Positions 1 to 13,927 of a stretch of 64,000 nucleotides of DNA are shown piece after piece. The stretch lies in the NCBI GenBank assembly GCA_051294375.1, contig CM119267.1, positions 6,801,529 through 6,865,528 of the forward strand, in the 5' to 3' direction. The notes below the pieces were generated by a model. It was not told the origin of the DNA. It ran no database searches and saw only the letters and a program-made list of their open reading frames with translations. Position 1 is the stretch's first letter. Every line of letters starts with the position of its first letter. Made by a program: the position numbers and the translations under genes. Source of the DNA: Paraspadella gotoi (Eukaryota > Animalia > Chaetognatha).

Positions 1-3000
1 CTACGGGCCCATCTTGCACAGAAGCATAACTCACCTTTTCAACACCATCGCTTCTCTTCTCTTTTCAACTCTTCAAGTAGCGTGGTCGAAGCTCTGTCAA
101 CTTCATGACTTCTCAATACGAACGTGTTCTCAATGCCCTTCCAGTTCGTGTCAGATTTTATTTATTAATGTTTTTCTGTTTTCATTGTCAATTATTTGCT
201 TGTTGTTTTCAGTTGCGTTTTCTCTGTTGTCCGCAGATTTGCTGGTGTGTGCGACAATGGTTTCGTGTGACTGATTCTCTCTCGTCTCTCTCTTCTCTCT
301 CTCTCTCATCCTTCGTTCTCGCACTCCTCTTCTTAGCTGTCTTCTGCAATAAACACTCTCTCTCGATTTACAGGGTGGTCACTCCACTCTTTACTCTCGT
401 CTCCTCCTATTCCCTCGAGCGCCCCGTCTGTGTTGTATGTTCGGGTTGGCGGCCAGTCTGATGTCTCTGTGTGCGGTAGGGTTGCCTATGCACTCGTTCG
501 TCTGTCTCGTCTCCTCTCTTGGGAAACCAAAAAGGCAAGCGAGACGTTACAATGCTGCCACAAAACAACATACATAGATAGATACACCTTGACTCGCTAA
601 TAATTTCCGCTTTCTTTCTCATTTTCTCCCCCCGAGTCGCGTTTGTTTTCTAATAAAAACCTTTTTATTTTTTTTTTTATTTTCTATTTTTTTTTTTTTT
701 TTTATATATAATAAATTATTTCCCCCTTTCTCTTTTTATTCCTTGTTCATTCCTCGCCATTTTCCAACAGTTTCAATTAGAGAGAGAAGAGGAGAAAGAG
801 AGAGAGAGAGAGAGAGAGAAGAGAGAGAGAAGAGAGGAGAGAAGAGAGAGAGAGAGAAAGAGAGAGAGAGGAGAGAGAGAGAGAGAACTTATGAAAAAAG
901 AAACAATGTTGAGTTTCGTGTCGGTTTTATTTAGATTAGGAAGGAAGGAGGCAAGAGTAGGTCTTGACTCCGAACGAACAATCCGTAACAAAAAACAAAA
1001 CAAAACAAGAACAATAACCCAAAAAAATAACCTACCCCCTCCCGTAAAAAAAAACCTATGAATACGAAAAATAGCCAAAAAAGGAGAGGAGAGGCAGGGG
1101 AGAGAGTTTGATCCGCGAAGGGAATTTTTTTTCCCTTCTATTGTGTTATGGAAGGATTTGGTAGGAATTTGGTCGGAATTTGATTATGCAGTCGGTGAAC
1201 CTAAAGTCTAAAAATTTGACAAGGTCTTTGACAGCTTGCGTCCTCCTCTCGCTCCCCCTTTTCCTTTTTCGCCCGGGCCGAGATTTGTGAACTTGCCCCT
1301 TTTCACCGCCAGAGTTCGGGTTTTTTTTGACAGATTTTATTTTCTACTTTTTCGACATAAAAGATTTTGCGAGATTTATGTCGTCAGATTTATGTCGTCA
1401 GATTTCCTCACCAAGCGAGGTTTTTTTTTTTAAAAGCGATAAATTGCCTCATGACTTTTTTTTTTATGACCCGGCTAGAGTAGTTGAACTTTGATTAGAT
1501 TGCTGATCTCGTGGGCAACGGAATTATCATACCATAACATACTGTATTCTTAGCGAAGAAAGATTTGGTTTCAGATTGCCCCTCCTATGAATAACATTTA
1601 ACATATTTATCCAACACAAACTATTTACAGGATTTGACTCGAATACTTTTCACTAAAATATGTGTTATTAGGACACATTTTAACTTTATCTTTACACAAT
1701 TCTTTTTGCCTTTCGAAAATCAACAATCAGACTTGAACCGTATTCTCGTTTGTCTTCCAACGCTTTTCAAGGTCTGTAACATATCTCCGATACGTATTCC
1801 GATCTCTGAGATCTGCTACATATCCTCCCTCCTTCTCATCCTCCTCCTCCTCCTCCTCCTCCTTTTCTCCCTCATCTTGAGTCAAAAAAAAAAAAGAAAG
1901 AAAATTCGATATATTTCTTTCTCTGTTTCGCTCAAGAATTTCGGTTGTGCTTTTTTTATCCCTCAGCCCGACCCAACCTCATCCTATGCCCCTGACACTC
2001 CTTGTTCACAATTTAGTCAACGTTTTGACATCATTCACGCCGCCTTTTCTTACCCTTTATCCCCACTGCCCGATTCTATTTGCCCAATCACCCTATTTTT
2101 TCTCACCCCCCCCTTGCCGCGGGGAATCCCCTTTTTTTTTATTTATGTCTCAAATTTAGAATATACAATCTCGAACACGCGCTACTGCTATTTTCTTTAG
2201 GGCCTTTTTTTTTTCTCAGGCCAGAAAACGTTGTCGTATTTGCGCGACCTCTCCGGGTCTCACCGTCCTTTTTCCCCGCGATTTTTTCCCACGATCGCGC
2301 CGACCCTCGCCAAACGGCCCGCCCACCTTTTGCCTTAACCTTCGCCACCTAGAATTTTCGACGTCGCGCTGACCTCCCGGAATTCTCTCCTTCTCGGAAC
2401 CCGGAGCCAGCCGAAATCCGATCCACGGAATCGAACCCCGGGAAATTCCCAGCCTCCGAAATCCGTTTCACTCTCCAGCGCCGATTCGCGACGCCGCTTT
2501 AGAGAGAGAGAAATCTTGCGTAGACACGGCTTAGGAAAAAAAAAGAAAAAATCCGAATCCATAGATTCCCCCCCCCCATTTTCCGAAGATCCTCGGCGTT
2601 GGATCCCTCGCCTTGACCTCCGTTTCCTCTATCCCCCGGATTTTCTTCTCGATTCTCGTTTTATTGCGTCTTCGATCGCCCGAGGCCGCAAAAAAATGGC
2701 GCGCGCGGGTGGCGCCATTGGGAGGGGGGGGGGAGAGGGGGCGGAGCGATTTCCGAGAAATTCGGGCAGTTTTATTTTTGTTTGTTGGGGGAATTCCTGG
2801 AGGAGAACCGAAGAGCCGCCGTTTTTGAGGAAAGATTATTTTTTGAGGAAGCCACTTGATTGGCCGTTCAGTAAAGGCAAGGGGAAGCACCGGGTGCGAG
2901 GCATATTTTTTTTTAAGGCCTTGCCTAGATTTTTTAAGTTAAATGTGACATAAATTATGATTCTATTTTTTCAAAAAAGTAATATATTTTTTTTTCTCTT

Positions 3001-3048
3001 TTTTTTCTCTCGTCCCCATATCACCCCGCGCTCTCTCTCTCTCTCTCA

Positions 3049-3104
<56 letters not shown>

Positions 3105-3308
3105 CTCTCTCATCTCTTTGATCCGTCCTCCTTATTTTGGCACCATTTCTCGCTGCTTCACGGGTCACACTTCTTTCACACTCTTGCTCCTCCCCGCCGA
3201 TATTTCTTGCGCTGCTTCTGGCATCAACGTCAGAGGAATTACTCGCTTTTGCGCCCGACATCGAGAAAATTGAAGAGAGAAAGAGCGAGAAAAAAGAAGA
3301 GAGAGAGA

Positions 3309-3360
<52 letters not shown>

Positions 3361-6300
3361 GAGAGAGAGAGAGAGAGTGAATGCAGAGGAAACTACGCAA
3401 ATTTTCGAAAGGCTGAGCATCACCTTTCGACGAATTCACGATTAAGCTTTCCACTATCACTAAACTACCAGCGCCACCTTCTGCATCCCCCCCTTCCGCT
3501 AATACCCCAACTACCCTCCCCCCACTCCCCCATCCCAACTCCCCCCATTTTACGCCGAACAACAAAAGTCACATCCGACGGAGAAAATGATTTCCCCGCG
3601 GATTTTTTTTTTTCGCTCGCGCGACGCAAAACCGGGGCGCTCGGACGGGCGCGGCCAAAAGCGGCGCCCCGAATTTCGCCACAGGCAGCGGCCTGATTCG
3701 AAACGGCCTTCCGAAACGTTTCGCCAAAAGGCAGCGGAGCCTTGAAAACGCTGCGCTGGGAGAAACGGAGTGGACGTCGGGGATCGAGGTTCGAAACGAG
3801 GCTGCCGTGTTGCCGCACAGTAATTCGATCTTTCCATCTTTCGATCCCGGAGATTAACTTGACGTTCGACCTTAACAGCTTTCACCGCGCGTTACATACT
3901 AAAAAATGCATTTATGAATTAAAAATATTATACAATACAAAAACAAAAAATTACGAAGTCGCGCTACGTCAACAAAGAGCCTTGCGACCGCAAGCATAAC
4001 CTAACTGTCAACAGACGCCAATCTTGGACGCCAACCCGAAGCCGTGTGGACCCGCTTGAAAGTCTGAGACGGACGACCTGCGACGACGCACCCGAAACCC
4101 AGTCCTTGATAAACGATGCGGGTTTGGGCTCTGTAGATAAGGGCGATGGCGAGCAGGCGGTACCATAAGAATTAGAGTTCAGCCCACGCCTCAGGATCAC
4201 CTAAGTGGACAGCACAACAACAAAATTCATGCTCACGGCTTGCGCAAAAACCATTGCAATATTCTAGCATCTTTTGCTTATCGAGTGTCCAATTATAACA
4301 CATTTACACCCATCTTAACATCAATCTATCATCCTGATTTGTGCCGAATTTCCGTTGACAAATAACCGACATAAAGTCACTCACAACAGTCCCTACGAAA
4401 AGACGGACGACGACTACGAAAAGTTAACGGACGCGACGACACGACGACGAGCGACGAACGACGACAAAATCAATGAGATATCGCGATCTCCTTCATATGG
4501 AAGGCGGCTGACCGAAAGAGGGTCAGCCAAAGAGTCCGCAGGGTCGTCGAGTCAAAGGTCGAGTCGAGCGAAAGAAGACGATACGTCCGCTTCGAGAATT
4601 ATCACCATCACACCCGTACTTCTTGAATTGCACTTGCCAGTAGCGATGCCATCAACCGACTTCTTGAATTGCACCTTTGCCAGGTTGGCGATGCCATCAA
4701 ACCCGTACTTCTGTGAATTGCGCCTTTGCCAGTTGGGCGATGCCATCACACCCGTACGTCTGAATGGCACGTTGCCAGTATGCTCATTGCTTGTTTGTGG
4801 TTTACTGGTTACTTCAATAGTCAAAATCCCTTCTCGCCTTGCCACGATGCCATCAGTCAATGCCGCGGGCGCCCACCTTTCGCGCATTGCACGCAAGTTG
4901 CCGGTTTATTATTGCCAGCCGACCGACCTTCTCACCTCAAACCTTACAGACCTTACCTCTCCCCGTTTCCCCCCGTGAGATTCAATGCTGTCACACATTT
5001 TTTCACGCTTCACACCTCGCCGGCGTCTGGACCCGTCCAGTTCAGTGTCCATCCCTTTTCAACCTCCTGCGTTCCCTTGCAAGGAATCCATTTCCCCGAG
5101 GCGACCCACGAGTTGAGCTTTTCTAATTCGCTTCCACTCCACCACTTCACCATCCACCACTCCCACCACTTCACCACTCTACCGCTCCACCACTCCCTAG
5201 CAAAATCTCTCATCACCGACTTTCACCGACCACGATCGATTCAAGTCCATCCCTCACGCGTTTTCACCTGTCACAATCAAGGCCATTTTATTTTGCAACT
5301 TCACCAATCACCTCCGTTCACATATTCTGTATTCCTGTATCACCAATTTTTCGAGTTTTATAAACCGATTATCAAATTTATTTATGCATTCCAATAAACA
5401 AAACCTATCCGACCCCTAACTTTGGACAGGCCATGCTGGGTTGGGCCCTTATCCCTTTTACGAGATAATTACATAGCTTGTTCCAATGTCCAATTGAATG
5501 AATAAATACTTTGAATTGGTGTACGACTACCAATTTCATAAAAGAACGTGCAAACTTGTAATCAGGACTCTTATAAATATTTTTATTTTCTTATTTTCAT
5601 TCTAGTTTCTGAGTTTCGCATAATTTTCTCTTTTTAATTTACTTCCGCTTTCTCTCTCACTCATAACCTTAATTCTCTGTTAACTTCCTCGCCCTCGGCA
5701 ACAGAAAGATGAATTTGGCAATGTCAGATCTCGCAATATATTATTTACATGACCTGACATTATACTTCCCTTTTTTAACCCTTCGCTTCTGTACTTTCGA
5801 CATACGGTAAACAATGACATATCCCAAAAAATATCTCAAATGTTTTTTCCTTTATTAAAGTTATTTCATCAAAACAGTTATAGAGTACTCAACATAGAAA
5901 TAAGTTATAAACTCTCTTTCTACCTTTCCGATATGGAAATTAGGTATAAACACCGCGACGTCACGACCGTACTTTGGACGCGTCACCTCGTCGTCGCCAG
6001 CGTTCAATTGACCAGGACACTTAAAAGCCAACATGTTGTCGAAGTCGGGGGCGACGTCTGACCAAAGACGGGAACGACTGGCGTCGAATATCCTGTCATT
6101 CGATCTGTCGCCGCCGCTGCCGCCGCCGCTGCCGCCGACGGCACCGCTGCGGCCCCGCTGTCGCCGTCGCTGCAGCCGACACCGTCAACACATGCTTTAG
6201 TAGTTTCTCGACAACATTCAGAAAAAAGCAGCGCTTACTGTACTCTTCATCAGGGAAAAAATTGGGGCGAAAAGAAGACCTGTTTATCAACTGTTTTGCC

Positions 6301-7183
6301 ATATAAAATTTTTATATTGATTCCGGGAAAAAAAAACAATTAAGGCAAAAAAATTTATAACAGAATGTTGCCTTTAAAAAATTAATTAACAAACTAAAAA
6401 AAAATCCTTTTCAGTAAAAAGAGGCTTCTAAATTCTCCATTGAAAATTAAATCGCTTTCTACTTTTTTTTTTTTCAGGGACGTTCAAAACGCGGAGGGTT
6501 TCGTCGTCGACGTCGTCGTCGTCGTCATTGTCATTGCCCTTTTCATCGTCGTCGTCGTCGTCGGGCGTCGTCGTCAATTCGTCACTCTCCGCTCGCGTCC
6601 CAAATCCAATCACGAAGACGTCACCGACATTCGTCTCTCGCTGTGTGACCTTAGTGTTCGTCGTCCGTCGTTCGTCGTCGTCGTCGTCGTCGTCTTCTCC
6701 GTCCTGATCGAGTCTGTCGTCGAACTTAACAAACATTCGATGTGTGATTTCACGTGAGTCTTTGTAAGGTGACTGACGACTCTGTTGTGAACTGTTCGTT
6801 AGGATCGACAACCTCTTTGTCTTCGTCCTGGTTTGTTGTTGTTTGCTGTTGCCGGGTCCCGTCCTGTCGAATTCCGTCCACGCAGTCGCCCTCTATCCGG
6901 CCACGCCACTTGTCCACTAGATTCTCTTCGGTGCGCCACCAAACAAGAAGCGAATTACATTGCGTCCTTTTACTTCTTAAATCGTTCATTTTGCACTGAA
7001 CGAATCGCGCAGGTTTTTGCCTGAAAAAATCCTCAAAAGTTGAAAATACACCAATGAAGCAAATATTAATTAAATGCATGGATGTCCACTTATTACGATG
7101 TAAATAGGAAAATCCCATTTCCAGTACTGTAATAGAAATTTGCCCTTACTTCAGATGAAATGGATCTCCTCTCTCTTTGCTGC

Positions 7184-7208
7184 NNNNNNNNNNNNNNNNN
7201 NNNNNNNN
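7184..7208. other. Assembly gap of exactly 25 N (likewise 16799-16823, 30342-30366, 36032-36056)
   Basis: Counted N runs. Confidence 0.97.
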
Positions 7209-7449
7209 GCCGTTTTTGAGAAAGATTATTTTTTGAGGAAGCCACTTGCATTGGCCGTTCAGTAAAGGCCAAAGGGGAGCACCGGGTGGAGGCGAGTGAT
7301 TTTTTTTTAAGGGGGCCGGGTTGCGCGGTAGTATTTTTTGTTAAATTTTTGTGAATAAATATGATTCTATTTGTTTGCAAAAAAAGTAATATATTTTTTT
7401 TTCTCTTTTTTTTCTCTCGTCCACCTATCACCCCTCTCTCTCTCTCTCT

Positions 7450-7510
<61 letters not shown>

Positions 7511-8960
7511 CTCTTTGATCCGTCCTCCTTATTTTGGCACCATTTCTCGCTGCTTCACGGGTCACACTTCTTTCACCTTCTTGCTTCCTCCCCGCCGATA
7601 TTTCTTGCGCTGCTCGTCTATCTGGCATCAAACGGTCCAGAGGAATTACTCGCTTTTGCGCCGACATCGAGAAATTGAAGAAAATAGAGAAAGGGAAAGA
7701 AGAGGAGAAGAGAGAGAAGAGAGAGGAGAGAGAGGAGAGAGAGAGAAGAGAGAGAGAAGAGAGAGAGAGTGAATGCAGAGGAAAACTAACGCAAATTTTC
7801 GAAAGGCCCTTGGACATCACCTTTCGACGAGATTTCACGATTAAGTTTTCACTATCACTAGAACTACCAGCGCCACCTTCTGCATCCCGCCCCTTATCCG
7901 CTAATACCCGACCAACTCCCCTCACCCCCACTCCCCCATCACCAACTCCCCCCATTTTAAACGCGCGAAACAACAAAAGTCACATCCGACGGAGAGAGAA
8001 ATGACTTTCCCCGCGGATTTTTTTTTTTCGCTTCGCGCGACGCAAAACGGGGCGCTCGGACGGCGCGGCAAAAGCGGCGCCCGAATTTCGCGGCGCGTTC
8101 GAAACGCCGTTCCCGAAACGTTTCGCCAAAAGGCAGCGGAGCCTGACGCTTGGCGCGGGATGAAAGGAGATGGAGTCGGGGATCGAGGTTCGAAACGAGG
8201 CTGACCGTCTGCTCTCGACGTTTCGATCTTTCCATCTTTCGATCCCGGAGATTAACTTGACGTTCGACCTTAACAGCTTTCACCGCGCGTTACATACTAA
8301 AAAATGATTTATGAATATAAAAATATTATACAATACAAAAACAAAAATATTACGAAGTCGGCTACGTCAACAAAGAGCCTTCGCGACGGCGGAAACTCTA
8401 ACGAATGTCACAGACGCCAATCTTGACGCCAACGACCGTGTTGACGCCCGCTTGAAAGTCGAGGACTACTGTGACGACGACCCGAACCCAGTCCTTGATA
8501 GGATGCGGGTTGGCCTGTTAGTAAAGGGCGATCGGCGAGACGGAGTAATAAGTTGGGGTCAGATCACGCTCAGGACCCACAAGTTCCGGAACAGTCACAA
8601 CAACAAAAAATTATCTCAATCGGCTTTGCGCAAAAACATTGCATATTCTAGCATGTTTTTATCCGAGTGTCAATTTACACATTTAACCATTTAACTAATT
8701 ATATCTGTTTGGCCGAATTTCACGTTGAAAATAACGACAAAATTCACTCAAAAGTCCCTACGAAAGACGACGACTACAGAAAAGTACGACGACGACGACG
8801 ACGACGAGCGACGAACGACGACAAAATCAATGAGTTCGCATCTCCTTCATATGAAGGCGGCTGACCGAAAGAGGGTCAGCCAAAGAGGTCCGCAGGGTCG
8901 TCGAGTCAAAGGTCAGAGTCGAAGCGAAGAAGACGATACGTCGCTTCGAGAATTCATCAC

Positions 8961-9140
8961 CATCACACCCGTACTTCTTGAATTGCACCTTTGCCAGTAG
9001 GCGATGCCATCAAACCCGTACTTCTTGAATTGCACCTTTGCCAGTTGGCGATGCCATCAAACCCGTACTTCTTGAATTGCGCCTTTGCCAGTTGGCGATG
9101 CCATCACACCCGTACGTCTTGAATGGCACGTTGCCAGTAT
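8961..9140 (+). repeat. 47-bp minisatellite, ~4 copies (also 4606-4780)
   Basis: Unit catcaaacccgtacttcttgaattgcacctttgccagttggcgatgc starting at 8961, 9008, 9055, 9102. Confidence 0.9.
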
Positions 9141-11016
9141 GCCTCATTGCTTGGTTTGTGGTTACTGGTTACTTCCCAATAGTCAAATCCCTTCTCGCCT
9201 TGCACGATGCCATCAGTCAATGCCCCGGCGCCCAACCTTTCGCGCATTGCACGCAGTTTGCCGGTTTAGTTATTGCCAGCCGACCGACCTTCTCACCTCA
9301 ACCCTTACCAGGCCTTACCTCTCCCCGTTTTCCCCCGTGAGGATTCAATGCTGTCACACATTCTTTCACGCTTCACACCTCGCCGGCGTCTGACCCGTCC
9401 ACGTCCAGTGTCCATCCCTTTCAACCTCTGCGTCCCTTTGCAAGGAATCCATTTCCCCGAGGCGACCGCACGAGTGAGCTTTTCTAATTCGCTTTCCACT
9501 CCACCACTTCACCACTCCACCACTCCACCACTTCACCACTCTACCGCTCCACCACTCCCTAGCAAATCTCTCATCACCGACTGTTCACCGACCACCGATC
9601 GAGTTCAATGTCCATCCCTCACGCGTTTTCACCTGTCACAATCAACGCGCCATTTTATTTTGCAACTTCACCAATCACCTCCGTTCACATATTCCTGTAT
9701 TCCCTGTCATCACACATTTTTCCGAGTTTTATAAACCGATATCAAATTATTTATGCATTCAATAAACAACCTATCCGACCCCTAACTTTGGACAGGCCAT
9801 GCTGGGTTGGGGCCCTTATCCCTTTTACGAGATAATTACATAGCTTGTCCAATGTCCAATGAATGAATAAATACTTTGATATTGGTTGTACGCGTACCAA
9901 TTTCATAGAAAGAACGTGCAAACTTGTAATCAGGACTCTTATAATATTTTTATTTCTTATTTTCATTTCTAGTTTCTGAGTTTCGCATAATTTTCTCTTT
10001 TTAATTTACTCCGCTTTCTCTCTCACTTCATAACCTTAATCTCTCTGTTAACTTCCTCGCCTCTCGAGCAACAGAAAAGATGAACTTTGGCCAAGTGTCA
10101 GATCTCGCAAATTATTATTACATGACCTGACATTATACTTCCCTTTTTTAACCCTTCGCTCTGTACTTTCGACAAACGGTAAACAATGGACATATCCCAA
10201 AAAAATATTCAAATGTTTTTCTTTATTAAAGTTATTATCAACAGTTATAGAGTTAAATAAGAAATAAAGTTATAAACTCTCTTCTTACCTTTCCGATATG
10301 AAATTAGGTATAAACACCGCGACGTCAACGACCGTAACTTTGGACGCGTCACCTCGTCGTCGCCAGCGTCAATGACCAGGACACTTAAAAGCCTACATGT
10401 TGTCGAAGTCGGGGGCGACGTCTGACAAAGACCGGGACGACTGGCGTCGAATATCCTGTCATTCCGATCTGTCGCCGCCGCTGCCGCCGCCGCTGCCGCC
10501 GACGGCACCGCTGCGGCCCCCGCTGTCGCCGTCGCTGCAGCCGACACCGTCAACACATGCTTTAGTAGTTTCTCGACAACATTCAGAAAAAAGCAGCGCT
10601 TACTGTACTCTTCAATCAGGAAAAATTGGGGCGAAAAGAATGACCTGTTTTATCAACTTTTTGCCATATAAAATTTTTAATATTGATTCGGGAAAAAAAA
10701 AACAATTACAGGCAAAAAATTTATAAAAGAATGTTGCCCTTTAAAAATTTGAATTAACAAACTAAAAAAAAAAATCCTTTCAAGTAAAAGAGGCTTCTAA
10801 ATTCTCCATTGAAAATTAAATCGCTTTCTACTTTTTTTTTCAGGGACGTTCAAAACGGCGGAGGGTTTCGTCGTCGTCGTCGTCGTCATTGTCGATGCCC
10901 TTTTCATCGTCGTCGTCGTCGTCGTCGTCGTCGTCAATCGTCACTCTCCGCTCGCGTCCCAAATCCAATCACGAAGACGTCACCGACATTCGTCTCTCGC
11001 TGTGTGACCTTTAGTT

Positions 11017-11052
<36 letters not shown>

Positions 11053-11621
11053 TCCGTCCTGATCGAAGTCTGGTCGTCGACTTAACAAAAACATTCGATG
11101 TTGTGATTTCACGTGAGTCTTTGTGAAGGTGACTGACGACTCTGTTGTGAACTGTCGTTAGGATCGACAACCTCTTTGTCTTCGTCCTGGTTGTTGTTGT
11201 TGCTGTTGCCGGGTCCCGTCCTGTCGAATTCCGTCCACGCAGTCGCCCTCTATCGGCCACGCCCACTTGGTCCACTAGATTCTCTCGTTGCGCCACAAAA
11301 CAAGAAGCGAAATTACATTGCGTCCTTTTACTCTTAAATCGTCATTTTGCACTGAACGAATCGCGCAGGTTTTTGCCTGAAAAAATCTCAAAAGTTGAAA
11401 ATAACCAATGAAGCTAAATATTAATTAAATGCATGGATGTCCATTTTACGAATGTAATAGGAAAATCCCATTTCCCAGGATGTAATAGAAATTGCCCTTA
11501 CTTCAGATGAAATGGAGAAAAGAGCCCCGGATGTCACTTTAACCCCTGCGTAGTAATCGACCTACGCTACCGGGAGTAAATGAATGAACCGTTGAAGTTG
11601 AAGTCGGAACTCGACCAGTGA

Positions 11622-11692
<71 letters not shown>

Positions 11693-11812
11693 TCACCCTA
11701 AAAATTTACCTCTCCCGCTTTTTCACTCTATCTTGATCCCTGGATCGACGCCTTGCCTCAACATCCAAGCCCTCGCACCCCACCTCCCTCTAATGCAGCC
11801 GACTCTTTTCCG

Positions 11813-11917
<105 letters not shown>

Positions 11918-13366
11918 GACTCAATCAAAGAGACTCGGGACGAACGTTTGACTCGATTGAAGTCTGAGAGGGAGGAGGAGGGGGAAAAGAGGAGGGGGGA
12001 GAAGGAGGAGGGGAGAAGAGGAGGGAGAGAAGGAGGAGGGAAGGAGAGGTTAGAGAGGGAGAGAAGGAGGAAGAGGAGTAGGGGGTAGAGAGGGTAGAGG
12101 GGAGATAGAGAGGATGAGTAGTAGGAGAGGGTGAAAAAAGAGAGTAAAGAGAATGAAAAAGGAAAGAGAGGAAAGTTGAAAGGAACACAGGTTAAGGTAA
12201 GATTGAAAATCGAGGGGAAAAAAAAGAAGAAACTTGAGAAAAAGATAAGAAAAAAATATAGGATAAAAAAAAAGGTATTTTGGGCAGATGGAAAACGGAA
12301 TGCAAAGGTGGTGATGAGAAAGGAGAGAGAATTCAGAGGGAGGAAAGCATCCGGCGAAAAAAAAGGGGAACAGATGGGAAAGAAGATGGAAAATAAGGAA
12401 AGAAGACGGAAAATAAGGAAAGAAGATGGAAAATAAGGAAAGGAAAAAGGAAAAAGGAAAGGAGGAAAAGTAGGAGAAAATGGAGGAGGGAGAAGGAAAT
12501 AGAATCAGTGAACGAGAGAAGAGGATTGGGTAGAAGAAAGGAAAGAGAGAAAAAAAATAGAAAAAGAAAAGAGGAAAAAATTCAAGGAGAGAGAGAGAAA
12601 AAAAAGGGGAAAAAAAGGAAAAAAAAAGAAAGTAGAGGGGGGCGTGGAAACGGGAAGGGAAAATAAGGTTAGCGAAGAGGGAAAGTTGACTCGTTGACAT
12701 TCACTCGGCAGATTTAATCCAGATGAAATTTTTGAGAGTTTGCGGGTCATGATTTAAAAAAAAGAATCGGGTTGGGGGATAGTCACAGTCTCATACTTTA
12801 AATATCTTTTTATTTTAAATGGGTTTTTTTTTTAAAGATAAATATAAAAAATGATTTTATTGCATATTTCTTTTAATTATAACTACGCAATTAGAAGATA
12901 AACTCTATTATTTTTTGTCAACCTGAATTTTTTTTGCTTCCTGTTGTCAAATCCGAATACGCGCCAGTAAGTTAGCAAGTTAGTTCGTATTCGATTTTAA
13001 TTGCTAAAATTTAAATTAATATTACCTTCAACCAGACAGACCGACCAAAATACGTTTTACTGAATCACCTGAGAAACCTCAAATAACTAGTTTTTCAACA
13101 TATGACAGGTTGCCACATGCAAATGAATTTTGGACGCGGCCAAGAATGAGATGGAAAACCAAAACAAAACAATTATGGTAGTGGAGAAAAAAAATAATTC
13201 TTTTCTCTGTTTTTGTTTAAATTCTGCTCAAAGAATAAAGAGACAGAGAGACAGATTAGGCCGGAGAGAGAGAGAGATAGGGGGGAGGAAAGGAAAATTA
13301 GAAAGAGTGAGAACGAGAGGAAAAAAAAGGAGAGAGAGCGAGAGAGCAGAGGGAAAGTAGAGAGAG

Positions 13367-13424
<58 letters not shown>

Positions 13425-13616
13425 GATAACACGGAGAAAGAATTGTGGTTTCTCTCTCTCGCCATCTTCGCAAACATTTTTCTTCCTTTGTTCCCTAATG
13501 GAGTCTGGCTTTTTTTCAAGATTTTCAATTTTCTAAGCTTTTCGGGTTTTTTTTCCCGCCGTTATTGTTTATGTTTTTGGTTTTTCTAATTCAAAACTTT
13601 AAGCGCTGAGATCCCT

Positions 13617-13694
<78 letters not shown>

Positions 13695-13812
13695 CTTTTT
13701 TCTAACTGCCATTTAACTGACACGAGTCCATAGAGAGACCGTCATCAATCCTGCCGACGTCGGATTCTGACTCCGCTCAATCATAAGTCATCACGAACGC
13801 CTTCGAAATCTT

Positions 13813-13927
<115 letters not shown>

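Larger units (their letters stand above)
2818..11515 (+). repeat. ~4.35-kb tandem near-duplicate (2818-7163 and 7209-11515) separated by a 25-N gap
   Basis: Colinear from gccgtttttgag...gattatt to cccttacttcagatgaaatgg; differences are mostly 1-2 bp indels. Confidence 0.9.

Noticed and set aside
2410-2470. tRNA gene suggested by minus-strand GGTTCGATTCC (B-box); similar motifs at ~3788 and ~14770
   Set aside because: No A-box or cloverleaf could be built around them.
8961-9140. 47-bp repeat as a CRISPR array or coding repeat (GIANLAKVQFKKYGFD)
   Set aside because: No spacers; the period is 47, not a multiple of 3, in the cleaner copy.
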